Notes under the pieces: generated by a model | Seen by the model: only the letters and a program-made list of their open reading frames with translations | What the model was told of the DNA's origin: nothing | The model's database searches: none | Source of the DNA: Leucoraja erinacea | Taxonomy: Eukaryota | Direction: 5' to 3' | Length of the DNA: 64,000 nucleotides | Assembly (NCBI RefSeq): GCF_028641065.1 | Contig: NC_073405.1 | Coordinates: 15,376,001 to 15,440,000, forward strand | Translations under genes and position numbers: made by a program | Part shown: positions 1 through 25,600 of the stretch, one piece after another | How positions within the stretch are numbered: position 1 is the stretch's first letter | Layout of the letters: every line of letters begins with the position of its first letter

Positions 1-564
1 TGAGAGTGTTGGTAGAGTGGAGCTGGCTGTATCTTTTGTCGTAGTAAAGTGGAGGGCTTTAGGACCTTGTGGATGGGGTGTAGAAAGACTGGCCGTCCAC
101 AGCAAAGGTGAGGCTATGTGGGCCGGGAATCAGAAGTTGTGAAAATGGTGGAAGCCATGCAAGGTCTCCTTCACGCAGTTTGTAAGGGACTAGACAAGGG
201 GAGATAGGATAGAATCAAGATATGAAGAGATGTTCATATGTTCAGAAGGGCAACAGCAGGCAGAAACAGTGAGTCTGCTAGGAAAGTCCCAATGATAGAC
301 CTTGTAAGTGATAGAAGGGAGAGTATGGGCTAATTATCAGATTACAGGCAGTGGTGGGGAGATCCCCTGATGTGATGAGGCCTGTGACAATGCCTAGTTT
401 TCATTGGTGGAGCCATGGTCCAGGGGCAGGCATGATGAGGTGCCCAGAGAGCTGCTATCTGGTCTCTGCAATGTAGATGCTCTGATGTTGTCCTAAGCAG
501 CCTCTCCCTCACTCTGACAGAGGCAGACAGCTGGAGCTCATTCAGATACTCCTTTGCTTCACAG

Positions 565-1109
565 ATGGACAAACGCCAAGTATGGATCCCCGCACGGCAT
601 TTCCACACCTGATCCTGTCCACTGGCAACCTCTCTGTGTCGGGTTCCAAACACCGGCAGCCTTACCCGGACAGCCCCAAGAGGTTTGACTACTGGTGGCA
701 GGTTATGTGTACGGAGAGAGTAACCTGTGGCCGCTGCTACTGGGAGGTGGAGGTGGGCGGAGAGCGCCGCCGCTGGGACATCGGAGTGTGTTACGAGAGC
801 CTGAGCCGGAAGGGAGAGGGGAAACAATGTTCTCTGGGACAGAACAAGGAATCATGGTGCCTGTACTCTGAACCTGGTAGTCTTGCAGCCTTGTACGATG
901 ACAACGTTACCAGGCTGACTGTTCCCCTGCCCAGTAGGGTGGGTGTGTTTGTGGACTTTGAAGCTGGAATTATTTCCTTTTACAGTGTAGTGGACAAGAA
1001 ATTATCTCTGTTACACACCTTTCGGCAGCAAGCGTTCACTAAACCCCTCCACCCAGCACTGGGAGTGGCCGATTTCACCACCTCCCTGGCACTGTGCACT
1101 CTTAAGTAA
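565..1109 (+). CDS. Terminal exon of a TRIM-like gene encoding a PRY-SPRY (B30.2) domain; upstream exons lie outside the window
   Basis: Acceptor ctttgcttcacag at 552-564, phase 1. Translation GQTPSMDPRTAFPHLILS..YPDSPKRFDYWWQVMC..GRCYWEVEV..WDIGVCY..LGQNKESWCL..RVGVFVDFEAGIISFY..LLHTF..FTKPLHP; TAA at 1107-1109. These are typical B30.2 motifs of TRIM16/25/finTRIM-type proteins. Confidence 0.9.
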
Positions 1110-1299
1110 TAATCTCAGCAATGATAATACTTTAGATGTAAAGGAAGAATGACTGAAACATAAGAAAATACAAAATAGAAACAGCAATAGGCCACATATC
1201 TGCCCTGCCCTACCCTTGCACAAAACCTGGCTGATCTTTACCTAGATAAACCTCTGCCTTCAGACTTCCCGTGTCCAAACATCCATTGCTCATCCATAC

Positions 1300-2110
1300 T
1301 CAGTGACCGGAGATCAGAGGAAGAGGGTAATAGTGGATGGGCGTTGTTTGTACTGGGTCTGTAATAAGTAGAGTGTAGGTGGTCTGATTAGTAAGTTTAG
1401 AGGCAACGTGGAAATTGGTAGAGTCATAGATGATGAAGAAGTTTGTTTAAAGATACAGCAGGACATAGATCAGCTGGAGAGTTGGGTAGATGGGTGGGCA
1501 CGTGGAAATTAATACAGACCAATGTGAGGTATCACAGTTTGAGAAGTCAAATTCTGGTGGGACATGTGGAATAAATCGCAGGGACAAGAGCATTTATGTT
1601 TGGAGGGAACTTGGGGTGCAAGTTTATAGCTTGCTGAAAGTAGTGACACACGTGGATGATGTAATCAAGAAGGCATTTAATAAGTTTGCCTTCATAGGCT
1701 GAAGCTTTGAGTATAATAGTTGGAACATCATGTTGCAGTTGTACAAAACATTGGTTAGATTACACTTGGAGTTTCACGTACAATTCTTATTGCTACACAA
1801 CAGGAAGAATGTGGCAGCAACAGAGAGAACGCAAAAAAGGTTCACAAGAACTTTGCCTGAACTGAAGGTCTTATATTTACTGGGAATAGAGAGGCTGGAT
1901 TTAAGCATAGGCTTAAGGGAAGAGGCAAAATATTTCAGAGGGACCTTGAGGGCAACTTTTTCATGCAGAGAGTAGATTGTGTCTGGAATGAGCTGACTGA
2001 TGAAACTACAGAAAAAAAAATCCAATCACAACTTTAAAAATACATCTGGATAGATATATGGATCAGATGGGTTTCGAAGGGTAAGGACCGAATGCAGGCA
2101 CATTGGATTA
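1300..2110 (+). mobile_element. Degraded CR1 LINE 3' fragment
   Basis: Remnant LQLYKTLVRLHLEF.VQF..ERTQKRFTRTLP of the CR1 ORF2 C-terminus. Confidence 0.75.
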
Positions 2111-4226
2111 AATGAGTGACTTTTCCTGTTGAGTGAACAGTTCATGAGCCTTTGGCTCACCCAATAAAATACCAGCATTGTACCTATTTGCTATGAACAT
2201 CAGCATGTACCCCAACCCTAGAAACTACACACGAGTCCATGGGGACTTCTACTGCAATCTTGTCTGCAGAAGGACACAAATTGACCCTCCAGATAGCTTC
2301 AATGCCAGGGCTGGAAACAACATAAATCTTTCAGTAGGGCATGGTTAATAAAGAGTAAGCATGGAAAGTTAACATTAACAGGTTTTCGCCTTAAGAAATG
2401 CCTAGTTTTGTCATAACAAACTACTTTTTCACAAGGTGGAAAAGCACAAGACTTCACGGGAATACCCCTGATTAGAACTGTTCAGTTATATAGAATCAAA
2501 GTAAAATGTAGCACAAAACGGGCCCTTCACATCAACTTGTCCATGCCAAACAAGATGCTGATGACATTTACCCAAATATCTTTTAAATGTTGTTATTGTA
2601 CCTGCATCAACTACGTCCTCTGGTAACTTGTTCCATTTGGAAACCACCCTCTGTGTGGAAAACTTTGCCCCTCGTGTTCCTATTATATAATTCTACTCTC
2701 GTTCAACCTCTGCCATCTTGATCTTGATTTCCCTACCCCAGGAAAAATGGTTATTCACCCTATCTATTCCTCTTGTGATTTTATGCACCTTTATTAATTC
2801 ACTGTTCAGCCTGTTGCGCTACAAGAAATAAAGTCTTAGCCTGCCCAACATATGGCTCATGCTTTCGAGTACTGGAAACATCAGGGCAAGTCACAAGCTG
2901 TGAACATTCTGCGGTTTCTGTAGGCTTGGAATTGACAGACTGAGATGTTGTATTAGAACATCCAGCATGGTGGGGTGTTTAAAAACGTTGACACTGAAGT
3001 TCTTTGGGGTGCACTTCTGGCAACAGTAACATTTTGGAGATAGGACAAATTAGAGGAGAGTAGGTGGATGTCAGTCCAGCAGTCATCAGAGCCTGTCATG
3101 GCAAAAGTGATGCTGACATTTAATCCTTGCCGGGACAAAGATATAAGACAACAGGTCCCATGATGTCATATAATTGTCCCTCTGACCAGAAAGGGTTTGC
3201 CTTGTGACAAGAACTTGCTTCAATCCTTTCAAGAGAGGAACTCCATTGGAGTTAGCCTTCCCTACTCCTTTCTTGCTGTGGGTTGCAGCACATCTAATCC
3301 TGTCATTGAAGTCACTCTGGAGAATCAGTTTGTTTCATGATATGGTCCAGGATTTTTTCAGGGTGAGAGTAGGAATCCTCTTAGGTATCATCCAAAGCTT
3401 CTAGGATTCAGGTGTGGGCACCAATGACCATATAATATTGGTTCAATGTTAGAGTCAGCAAATGGCCATCAGATATAGGTGGAGATGGGTGGTTCCTGAA
3501 CTAGCTCATTCTTGATGGCAAAAGTAACTTCATAAAACAGTGTTCCTCTTCTGTTTATCTCTCCAAATTTGGTTTATTAAATAGGCCATATTAGAAATAT
3601 TTGATGCTGCAGTTCTCCAGTGATGCTGTTACTCATCATGCACTAGCTGGGTACTTTTACTATTGAGCACACACCACCAATGGAACTGGATCTCCTTGCT
3701 GATATTATTCGTTCAACCCCCCTGAAATAAATTAACAAGTTAATTATCTAATTTGATGGGTGTAGGACACTGAACAAATTACTAATTTCATATTGTTTTG
3801 AAAATCATTAATTGAGTGCAAAGTATTTAGAGGCTTATAGATGTTCTTCTCACAAACTTCATGTGGTTTTGGACTGTGATAAAATATAAAACATTTAATG
3901 AGTGAATGTTGTTCACATATTGGTGATTATTGCTACAAAACACAGAAAATTTAGCAAATTCTACAGAGATAATTGGTCTTTTTGCACAAAGTGTTTGAGC
4001 TATTCTATACATTTTTCATCCATATCTGCTTGTAACTTGTGTCAAGATTAGAAATATGTTTACTCAGGATTTAAAAACTGGGATATACATAGAACCAGAG
4101 TTTGAAAATCTGCTTTACCAGATCAGCAGCGAGAGATTGATTGCTTTACTGGATAACATTGTTACGAGTACCAATCTTGGCAGCAGTTGCTCTTCTCTCC
4201 ATCGCTGGCAGTGCAAAATCAGGCAG

Positions 4227-18526
<14,300 letters not shown>

Positions 18527-18790
18527 CCTAACAAAGGCACAATACCTGGTCAGGAAAGAGGATTGATGACAGCCATTCTTTCAACAATAAATAAATAAAT
18601 GAATGTTTGCGAACATATTCCCATCTCTGCCCCCAAAAGAGCCACCTCTAGCATCTCTTCCAGTTTTAAATGGTTGGCTGCTAGCAATAGATAGTACAAT
18701 TGTAACCGGTCCTTTTCAGTCTCCAGTCCACACCATGACATCTGGTGTTGCCCTTGGACCTATCCTTGGCCATCTCCAATTTCTCATCTA

Positions 18791-19110
18791 GGGCAACACG
18801 GTGGCGCAGAAGTAGAATTGCTACTTACAGTGCCAGAGATCCGGGTTCGATCCTGATTATGGGTGCTGTCTGTACGGACTTTGTACGTTCTCCCCGTAAT
18901 CTGCATGGGTTTTCTCCTGGTGCACTGGTTTCCTCCCACACCCCAAAGACATTAAAGATTTGTAGCTTAATTGGCTTGGTGAAATTGTAAATTGTCCGTT
19001 GTGTGTGTAGGATAGTGTTAGAATGCGGTGATCAATGGTCGGCACTGACTTGGTGGGCTGAAGGGCCTGTGGCCACGCTGTATCTCTAAACTCAACTAAA
19101 CTAAACTAAT
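18791..19110 (+). mobile_element. tRNA-derived V-SINE (further reversed copies at about 30385-30712 and 38560-38823)
   Basis: A box GTGGCGCAG and B box GGTTCGATCC, V-domain GTTTCCTCCCACACCCCAAAGAC, CR1-like 3' end, (CTAAA)n tail. Confidence 0.85.
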
Positions 19111-19458
19111 CTACACTGACAGTATATTTGAAAACATAATTCCTGATGACCAGAGTTGCAAACCAGGTACAACTTATTGCAGGAAACATAGACCCGAATG
19201 GCCCTTCTGATAAACAAAACATCCATCACCCGGGTTGCTTAATCTGTGGGCTGCTGACTGATCCTATCATTCAGATCCTTTTAATGCCTGTGGCAAACCC
19301 TTTCTATAACCAAAAGCTGAAGGCATTTATGACTTTGGTAGTTATTATTAAATTTTGGCTAGCTGATCCATTCAGCAGCTGTTTCAGCAGGCAGGAAATG
19401 TTTGCAACTACCTGATGTAAGAATCTGAGACACTCGACTCTGACATGTTGAGGAAGCT

Positions 19459-19547
19459 ACACAAAAGTGCTGGAGAAACTCAGCTGAGTTTCTCCAGCAT
19501 TTTTGTGTACCTTCGATTTTCCAGCATCTGCAGTTCCTTCTCAAACA
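19459..19547. mobile_element. Palindromic Penelope-terminus mini-insert with 16-bp TSD
   Basis: TSD ACATGTTGAGGAAGCT at 19443-19458 and 19548-19563; 52-bp palindrome at 19458-19509. Confidence 0.8.
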
Positions 19548-20009
19548 ACATGTTGAGGAAGCTTATCTTTTGCAAGTAAACTGTGCAAATTGGATATATC
19601 TTCCTTCAAACTGTATTCTCTGCTAATCCTCTTCCACTGGGAGCTGCTGCAAGCTGCAACTGTACTGTTTGGATAGGTCAGAACTTCAAGAAGTTGATCA
19701 GCCATAATGACCTTTCAGACAAGTACTCCAGATAAAGCCTTCTACATAAGCAAACAGAAAAGTGGCTATTAGGTGCCAGCACTTATTGGAACAATTCTCA
19801 GTGACGTTGAGCAATAGAGAATGGATCCTGATAAGCATTAAGCATTCTCTGTAATTTTTGTAATAAAAAAGACCAATAATAAACCCATCCTAAACACAAT
19901 TTGATGAAAGACAATTTTAGATGACCAAAATATAAAATTTGAAAATACAAACCTTATTTAACAACACGTCAACAAAGAGCAGTTTACAGTTTGAAGATAG
20001 ACAGTTTAA

Positions 20010-20880
20010 AGAGTTGGTCTACACAGGCAAGACTAAGTGTAGGCAACCTGACAGTTTCGTAAAACATTTGCACTCTCTGCCAAGGTCTGCTGGAGTACCC
20101 GGTTGCTAGCAATTTTAACTACGCATTTCCATACCAATCATTCTGTCCTTGGCCATTCCACTGCCAGGGTGAGGCCATATACAAAATGGAAGAACACCGC
20201 CTCATATTCTGTTTGGATGGCATTCAAGCCACGGGTATGAACACTGATTTCTCCAATTTCAACTAATGCCACACCACTCATCCTTCTCTTCCCAACTCTC
20301 CATTGCATACATATTTCTTAAACCAACCTCTGCATCACCCTGTTCTTTCCCCTTCCTCTTTAGGCTTATTTCCCACCCTTCCCATGTCCCTCCACCTGGC
20401 TTTACATTTCGCATCACTTATCTGATGCCCTTTTGATCTTTTGCACCTCTAGCCTTTGTCACTATCTCCACTTATCTACCAATAACATCCTATTTTATCT
20501 GCATATCACTTTCCAGGATAGATACAAAATGCTGGAGTAACTCAGCGAGACAGGCAGCATCTCTGGAGAGAAGAAATGGGTGACGTTTCGGGCCGAAACT
20601 GGAGAAAGGTGTCGACCTGAAACGTCACCCATTCCTTCTCTCCAGAGATGCTGCCTGTCCCGCTGAGTTACTCCAGCATTTTGGGTCTATCTTCGATTTA
20701 AACCAGCATCTGTAGTTCTTTCCTATCACTTCCAGGCTTTACCCCAACCCCGTCTCTCGTTTCTAGCTTTCTCGTCCCTACTCCATCAACCTGAAGCTGG
20801 AGTAACTCAGCGGGACAGGCAGCATCTCTGGAGAGAAGGAATGAGTGACGTTTGGGATCGAGACCCTTCTTCAGACCTTC
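20010..20880 (+). mobile_element. Penelope 3' fragment (GIY-YIG remnant and UTR) with nested inverted terminal-repeat insert at 20518-20723
   Basis: Remnant VYTGKTKCR..PVASNFN; about 72-bp inverted arms 20518-20589 and 20619-20690; TSD TATCACT(T)TCCAGG. Confidence 0.75.
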
Positions 20881-21044
20881 ATTGGTCTGAACGTGAGCAG
20901 CAATAACCGAACTTTACCTCATCTGCTCCCTCCGCAGCTGTGTGTATTTCTGCTACACAAATGGAGAAATTAATATTTTACATAGACATAGGGTTTTTGA
21001 TCGAACAAACTGAACAAAAGAGTAGGACACAGTTTGACAGTTAC

Positions 21045-21170
21045 CTACCTTACACTATGGGTCCCGTTTCCGGTGTTGCTTAGCGACCGTCCCCAGTGTT
21101 ACGCGGTAATTCCTCCGCGTCCCGGTGTTACACGGATTTGTTTCCGGGCTGTTCGCCGCCAGTGTGAACA
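21045..21170 (-). promoter_or_regulatory. Probable C19orf44 promoter and non-coding exon 1, with RFX X-box
   Basis: Local CpG-rich patch; minus-strand donors AAG|gtaggt and TAG|gtaact at 21043-21049; GTTGCTTAGCGAC at 21075-21087 (GTCGCTAAGCAAC on minus) fits the RFX X-box. Confidence 0.6.
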
Positions 21171-22326
21171 CGTTATGAAATGGTTTATAGTCTGATGGTA
21201 CCAAGTGCGATCCCTGAGAGAATCGAAATTAGGATCTGCTATATAAACACAAAATTCCAGAGTAACTCAGCGGGACAGGCAGCATCTCTGGGGAAAAGGA
21301 TTGGGTGACGTTTTGGGTCGAGACCCTTCTCCAGACTGAGGGTCAGGGGAGGGCAAATATTATAAAGTATAATTATAAGTATCTTTGGGAGAGGGGGAGA
21401 CGAGATATGGAAGGATCTGCTCTGTTGTCAGTGAACATCAAATCAAATATTGTCGGTCGTTGGCAGGAGTTTATATCTAAAAAAAAGGATGCATGCGTAG
21501 GCGACCGTGATCACAAGATCACAAGGTAGGCAAGAAAAAACATTTGGTCCAACCATCCGATAATCATAGTCTATCAATTCAATATACAATCTTTTATTTA
21601 ATTCGGATTTTCATTTTGATGATGTGTGGGAGCCTACAATAAAAACTTTTGTTTTCGAAAATTACGTTTTACAATCTCGGGATGGTTCAAACCATTCACA
21701 AGCAATGAGTTACTGTTGGCGGAATCACACACACATTAATGAATGGCAAATTCCAAGCGACACAAGTTAAATAGTTTTAGCCTAAATTCCCAAACGACCT
21801 TTTCAAAATTGGCTTCTTCTAATTAGGATTTATTTATTTCTATGCTGGTGTTTATAAATATATCTGGAAACGTCTATATTTAATCTATCTCCTTTCTACC
21901 AAAAGTTACTGCAGGCTTTCCTTTTTATTTTCTTATCATTTATGTCATATTTTGTGATATATTTGTAGTATTCGTCTGTGTGCTGGATTAAATCCACGTT
22001 GCCTAATAATTTTGCTTATGCACTACATATATTTATAATGTATATTCTGTCCAACTCTGAGTTAAACAGGCTAGTAGCCAATAACGCAACACTAGCGGAT
22101 TATACTTTAATTCAAATTTCACTGAATGTATAGAACGAAATTCTGCCACCCTGATAATGATCTCAATTCACTATTTGTTGATTTAGATAGGTTGGTATGA
22201 CATTATCAAGTGAATGATCAGGTTTTTATACCATACAAGAAGATAACATATATTGTGTGTAGAAGAGGCTGGTTGAATCGAGAGATCTTTGAGCGTAACT
22301 ACACGGGATCATCCAGAACGGAAAAA

Positions 22327-22385
22327 CGTGGTTGGAGCTGATTTGCGGGGCGGTTGCTGACTGCGGCCAATGGGTTAAGGCCGTG
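22327..22385 (+). promoter_or_regulatory. Calreticulin proximal promoter with two ERSE-like elements and a GC box
   Basis: CGTGG-N9-ATTTG at 22327-22345 (CAAAT-N9-CCACG on minus, 1 mismatch to ERSE CCAAT-N9-CCACG); GGGGCGG at 22347-22353; CCAAT-N9-CCGTG at 22367-22385. Confidence 0.6.
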
Positions 22386-22518
22386 TGTAGAGAAGGGACC
22401 GTCCCCAGCCAAGAATCATCGTGTTGCTGCTGTAGGATCTTTGGCTGCTGCTGCTCGTACACCGCTGTTTCCCTGCCGATTGCTCAGCACGATCACAGGA
22501 ACCCCCGGCCTGGTGTAA

Positions 22519-22609
22519 ATGGAAATGCTGCTTCCGCTCTTGCTGCTCTGCTCGGCGTTCGGCTCCACACAGCCTGCAGTCTATTTCACTGAACAGTTTA
22601 AGGACGGAG
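22519..22609 (+). CDS. CALR3: Calreticulin exon 1 ([30 protein letters not shown])
   Basis: Hydrophobic signal peptide, donor G|gtgaga. Confidence 0.92.
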
Positions 22610-25600
22610 GTGAGATTGTCAAAATTCAGACCTTTCGCTAACTTCCCGGGTTTACAGAACCTTGATTTGCCTAATGCACTCGTTAGCATTGCTGACTAAT
22701 TAGTAAGATAACTGACTGACCACAACTAACTAGCTAGCTAACTGACTGTTAGCAACTAACTTGCCATCTAGATGCAAGGAACTGCATAAGCTGGCTTACA
22801 AAAAAAAGACACGAAGTGCCGGAGTAACTCAGCGTGTCAGGCAGCATCTTTGGGGAGCATGGATAGGTGACATTTCGGGTCGGAACCCTTCTTCAGACTG
22901 AAACTGCACATGGATATAAGCGATATTTGTGGTCGTGACGGGGTCCCGACGTGAAACTTCAGAGATGCTGCCTGACCTGATTTACTCCAACAATTTTTTT
23001 TAAAATACTGGTTAGTTAGCTAACTAGCTCATGTTGGTTTTAAAAGACTAACTTTACTGATTCTCCTCAACCAGTAGAAGTTGTTGTCCACTGAAATCGC
23101 TCTGCCAGATCGGTTGTTTGAACTTCGACGAACCTAGTCCTGTCCTAAGAATTTAGTTATGTTATGTTATTACTTCTGCGAGGGTGAAACTTGCACTGTC
23201 ATTACTTTTTGTGGCGATTTACGTTTTGCTTTCATTTCTAAATCGCGTAGGTACCTGAATCTCATGGTGACACCATTTTCTGGTTAATTTAACCCATCAT
23301 TTACTCGTGTGTTTCTATTTTATGAAGTGAACATGCAAAACAAAAACTACTCAGTGATGTTAATATCCGAACCAATGTTTCTGTTGCGGGCTCGGCATGA
23401 TTGGTTGTGGGATTTTGCATTGTCATCGGGCACAATACTAATCGCCAGTGGACTGCACTGACATGACTGTTTCACAGACCTGTTTAGTTCTTGAGTACAG
23501 TTCTTTCGAGTAATGAACTGGAAATCTTTCTTGCTTCTACTCATGAAACGGGGAAAAAAACGTTATCTATGTTCCATCTCATAACCTCAGGAAATGCCAC
23601 AATATTGGATGGTGGAATAAGTGCCTTTGAAGCACAGGCTATCTGGACTACACTTCTTCCCACCCTGGCTATCAGGACTACACTTCTTCCCACCCTGCTT
23701 CCTGTAAGGACTCCATCCCCTACTCCCAATTCCTCCGTCTACACCGCATCTGCACCCAGGATGAGGTGTTCCACACCAGGGCATCGGAGATGTCCTCATT
23801 CTTCAGGAAACGGTGGTTCCCCTCTTGTACTATACATGAGGCTCTCACCAGGGTCTCTTCTATGCCCCGTAACTCTGCTCTCACTCCCCATCCCCCCCAC
23901 TCCTAACAAGGGCAGAGTCTCCCTTGTATTCGCCTTCCACCCTATCAGCCATCACATATAACAAATAATCCTCCAACATTTTCGCCACCTCCAACGGAAT
24001 CCCACCACTGGCCACATCTTCCCATCTCCTCCCCTGTCTGCTTTCCGCAGAGACCGTTCCCTCCGTAACTCCCTGGTCGATTCGTTCCTTCCCACCCAAA
24101 CCACCCCTTCTCTTGGAACTTCCCCTTGCAACTGCAGGAAATGCTACACTTGTCGCTTTACCTCCCCCCCTTAACTCCATTCAAGGACCCAAACAGTCTT
24201 TCCAGGTGTGGCAGAGGATCACCTGCACCTCCTCCAACCTCATCTATTGCATCCGCTGCTCTAGGTGTCAGCTGCTCTACATCGGCGGGACCAAGCGTAG
24301 GCTTGGCGATCGCTTCACCCAACACCTCCACTCAGTTTGCAATAACCAACCTGATCTCCCGGTGGCTCAGCACTTCAACTACCCCTCCCATTTCAAATCT
24401 GACCTTTCTGTCCTGGGCCTCCTCCATGGCCAGAGTGAGGCCCACTGTAAAGAGTGAGGCCCACCGTTGGAGGAGCAGCACCTCATATTTCGCTTGGGCA
24501 GTTTACACCCCAGCGGTATGAACATTGACTTTTCTAATCTCAGGTAGTCCCTGCTTTCTCCTCCCCTTCTCAGCTCTCCCTCAGCCCACTGTCTCCACCT
24601 CTTCCTTTCTTCTTCCCGCCCCACCCTCACAGAAGGGTCTCAACCCGAAACGTTGCCTATTTCCTTCGCTCCATGGATGCCTCACCCACTGAGTTTCTCC
24701 AGCATTTTTGTCTATCTTTAAAGCACAGGCAATCATTTGTGGGCAACAGTTAGATGATTTCCCAATCACACTGCCTATTAAAATGACTTTAATTTTGTTG
24801 AGTCAAACCATTTGAAGAATCTTAATCTATTCATCTACAGTCTTCCCCTTTCACACCCTCTTAATAACTCCTGCATTAGTGCCTCCTATAGTGCAGTAGT
24901 GACAAGGCTTAAGAAGGAACTTATGCTTATGCTTAAGAAGGAACTGCAGATGCTGGAAAATCGAAGGTAGACAAAAATGCTGGAGAAACTCAGCGGGTAA
25001 GGCAGCATCTATGGAGCGAAGGAAATAGGCAACGTTTCAAGTCGAAACCCTTCTTCAGACAGCAGAAGGCTCTCGACCCGAAAAGTTGCCTATTTCCTTT
25101 GCTGCCTCACCCGCTGAGTTTCTCCAGGCTTTATATGTGATAGGTTGTAAAGCCTCTTATAATATCCTGAGGTCTGAAAAACACAACAAGATAAACAGTA
25201 GAACATTCCAAGGTGGAGACACAAGGAACAGCAGATGCCGGAAACTAAACACGGAGTGGTGCAGTAACTCAGATTCCAATGTATTTGATAATGTCCAAGG
25301 GGCATTATCAAAAATAACTTGATTTGCAGCTCCAATCAGTAAAGCCATTGTAGGTCTTTGACCATTATCGACTCTTGCATTTACTGTATTCACACTTCCA
25401 TGTTGTTTGCCATATGCTTTCAATCCCTGTGGTTCCAAAATCAATAGAAAATAGGTTAAAGAAATGTTAAAAAGGGAGATAGAGGCTTAGAGGGGAATTT
25501 CAGAAATTATGACCCAGTCTGCTGAATGGCCAATTATTGACCCAATCAGTGGTGACCAATTATTTCTGAGCAGAAGTGAAAATTGATTGACTGTAGGAAT

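Noticed and set aside
342-827. 161-aa minus-strand ORF
   Set aside because: Antisense shadow of the PRY-SPRY exon
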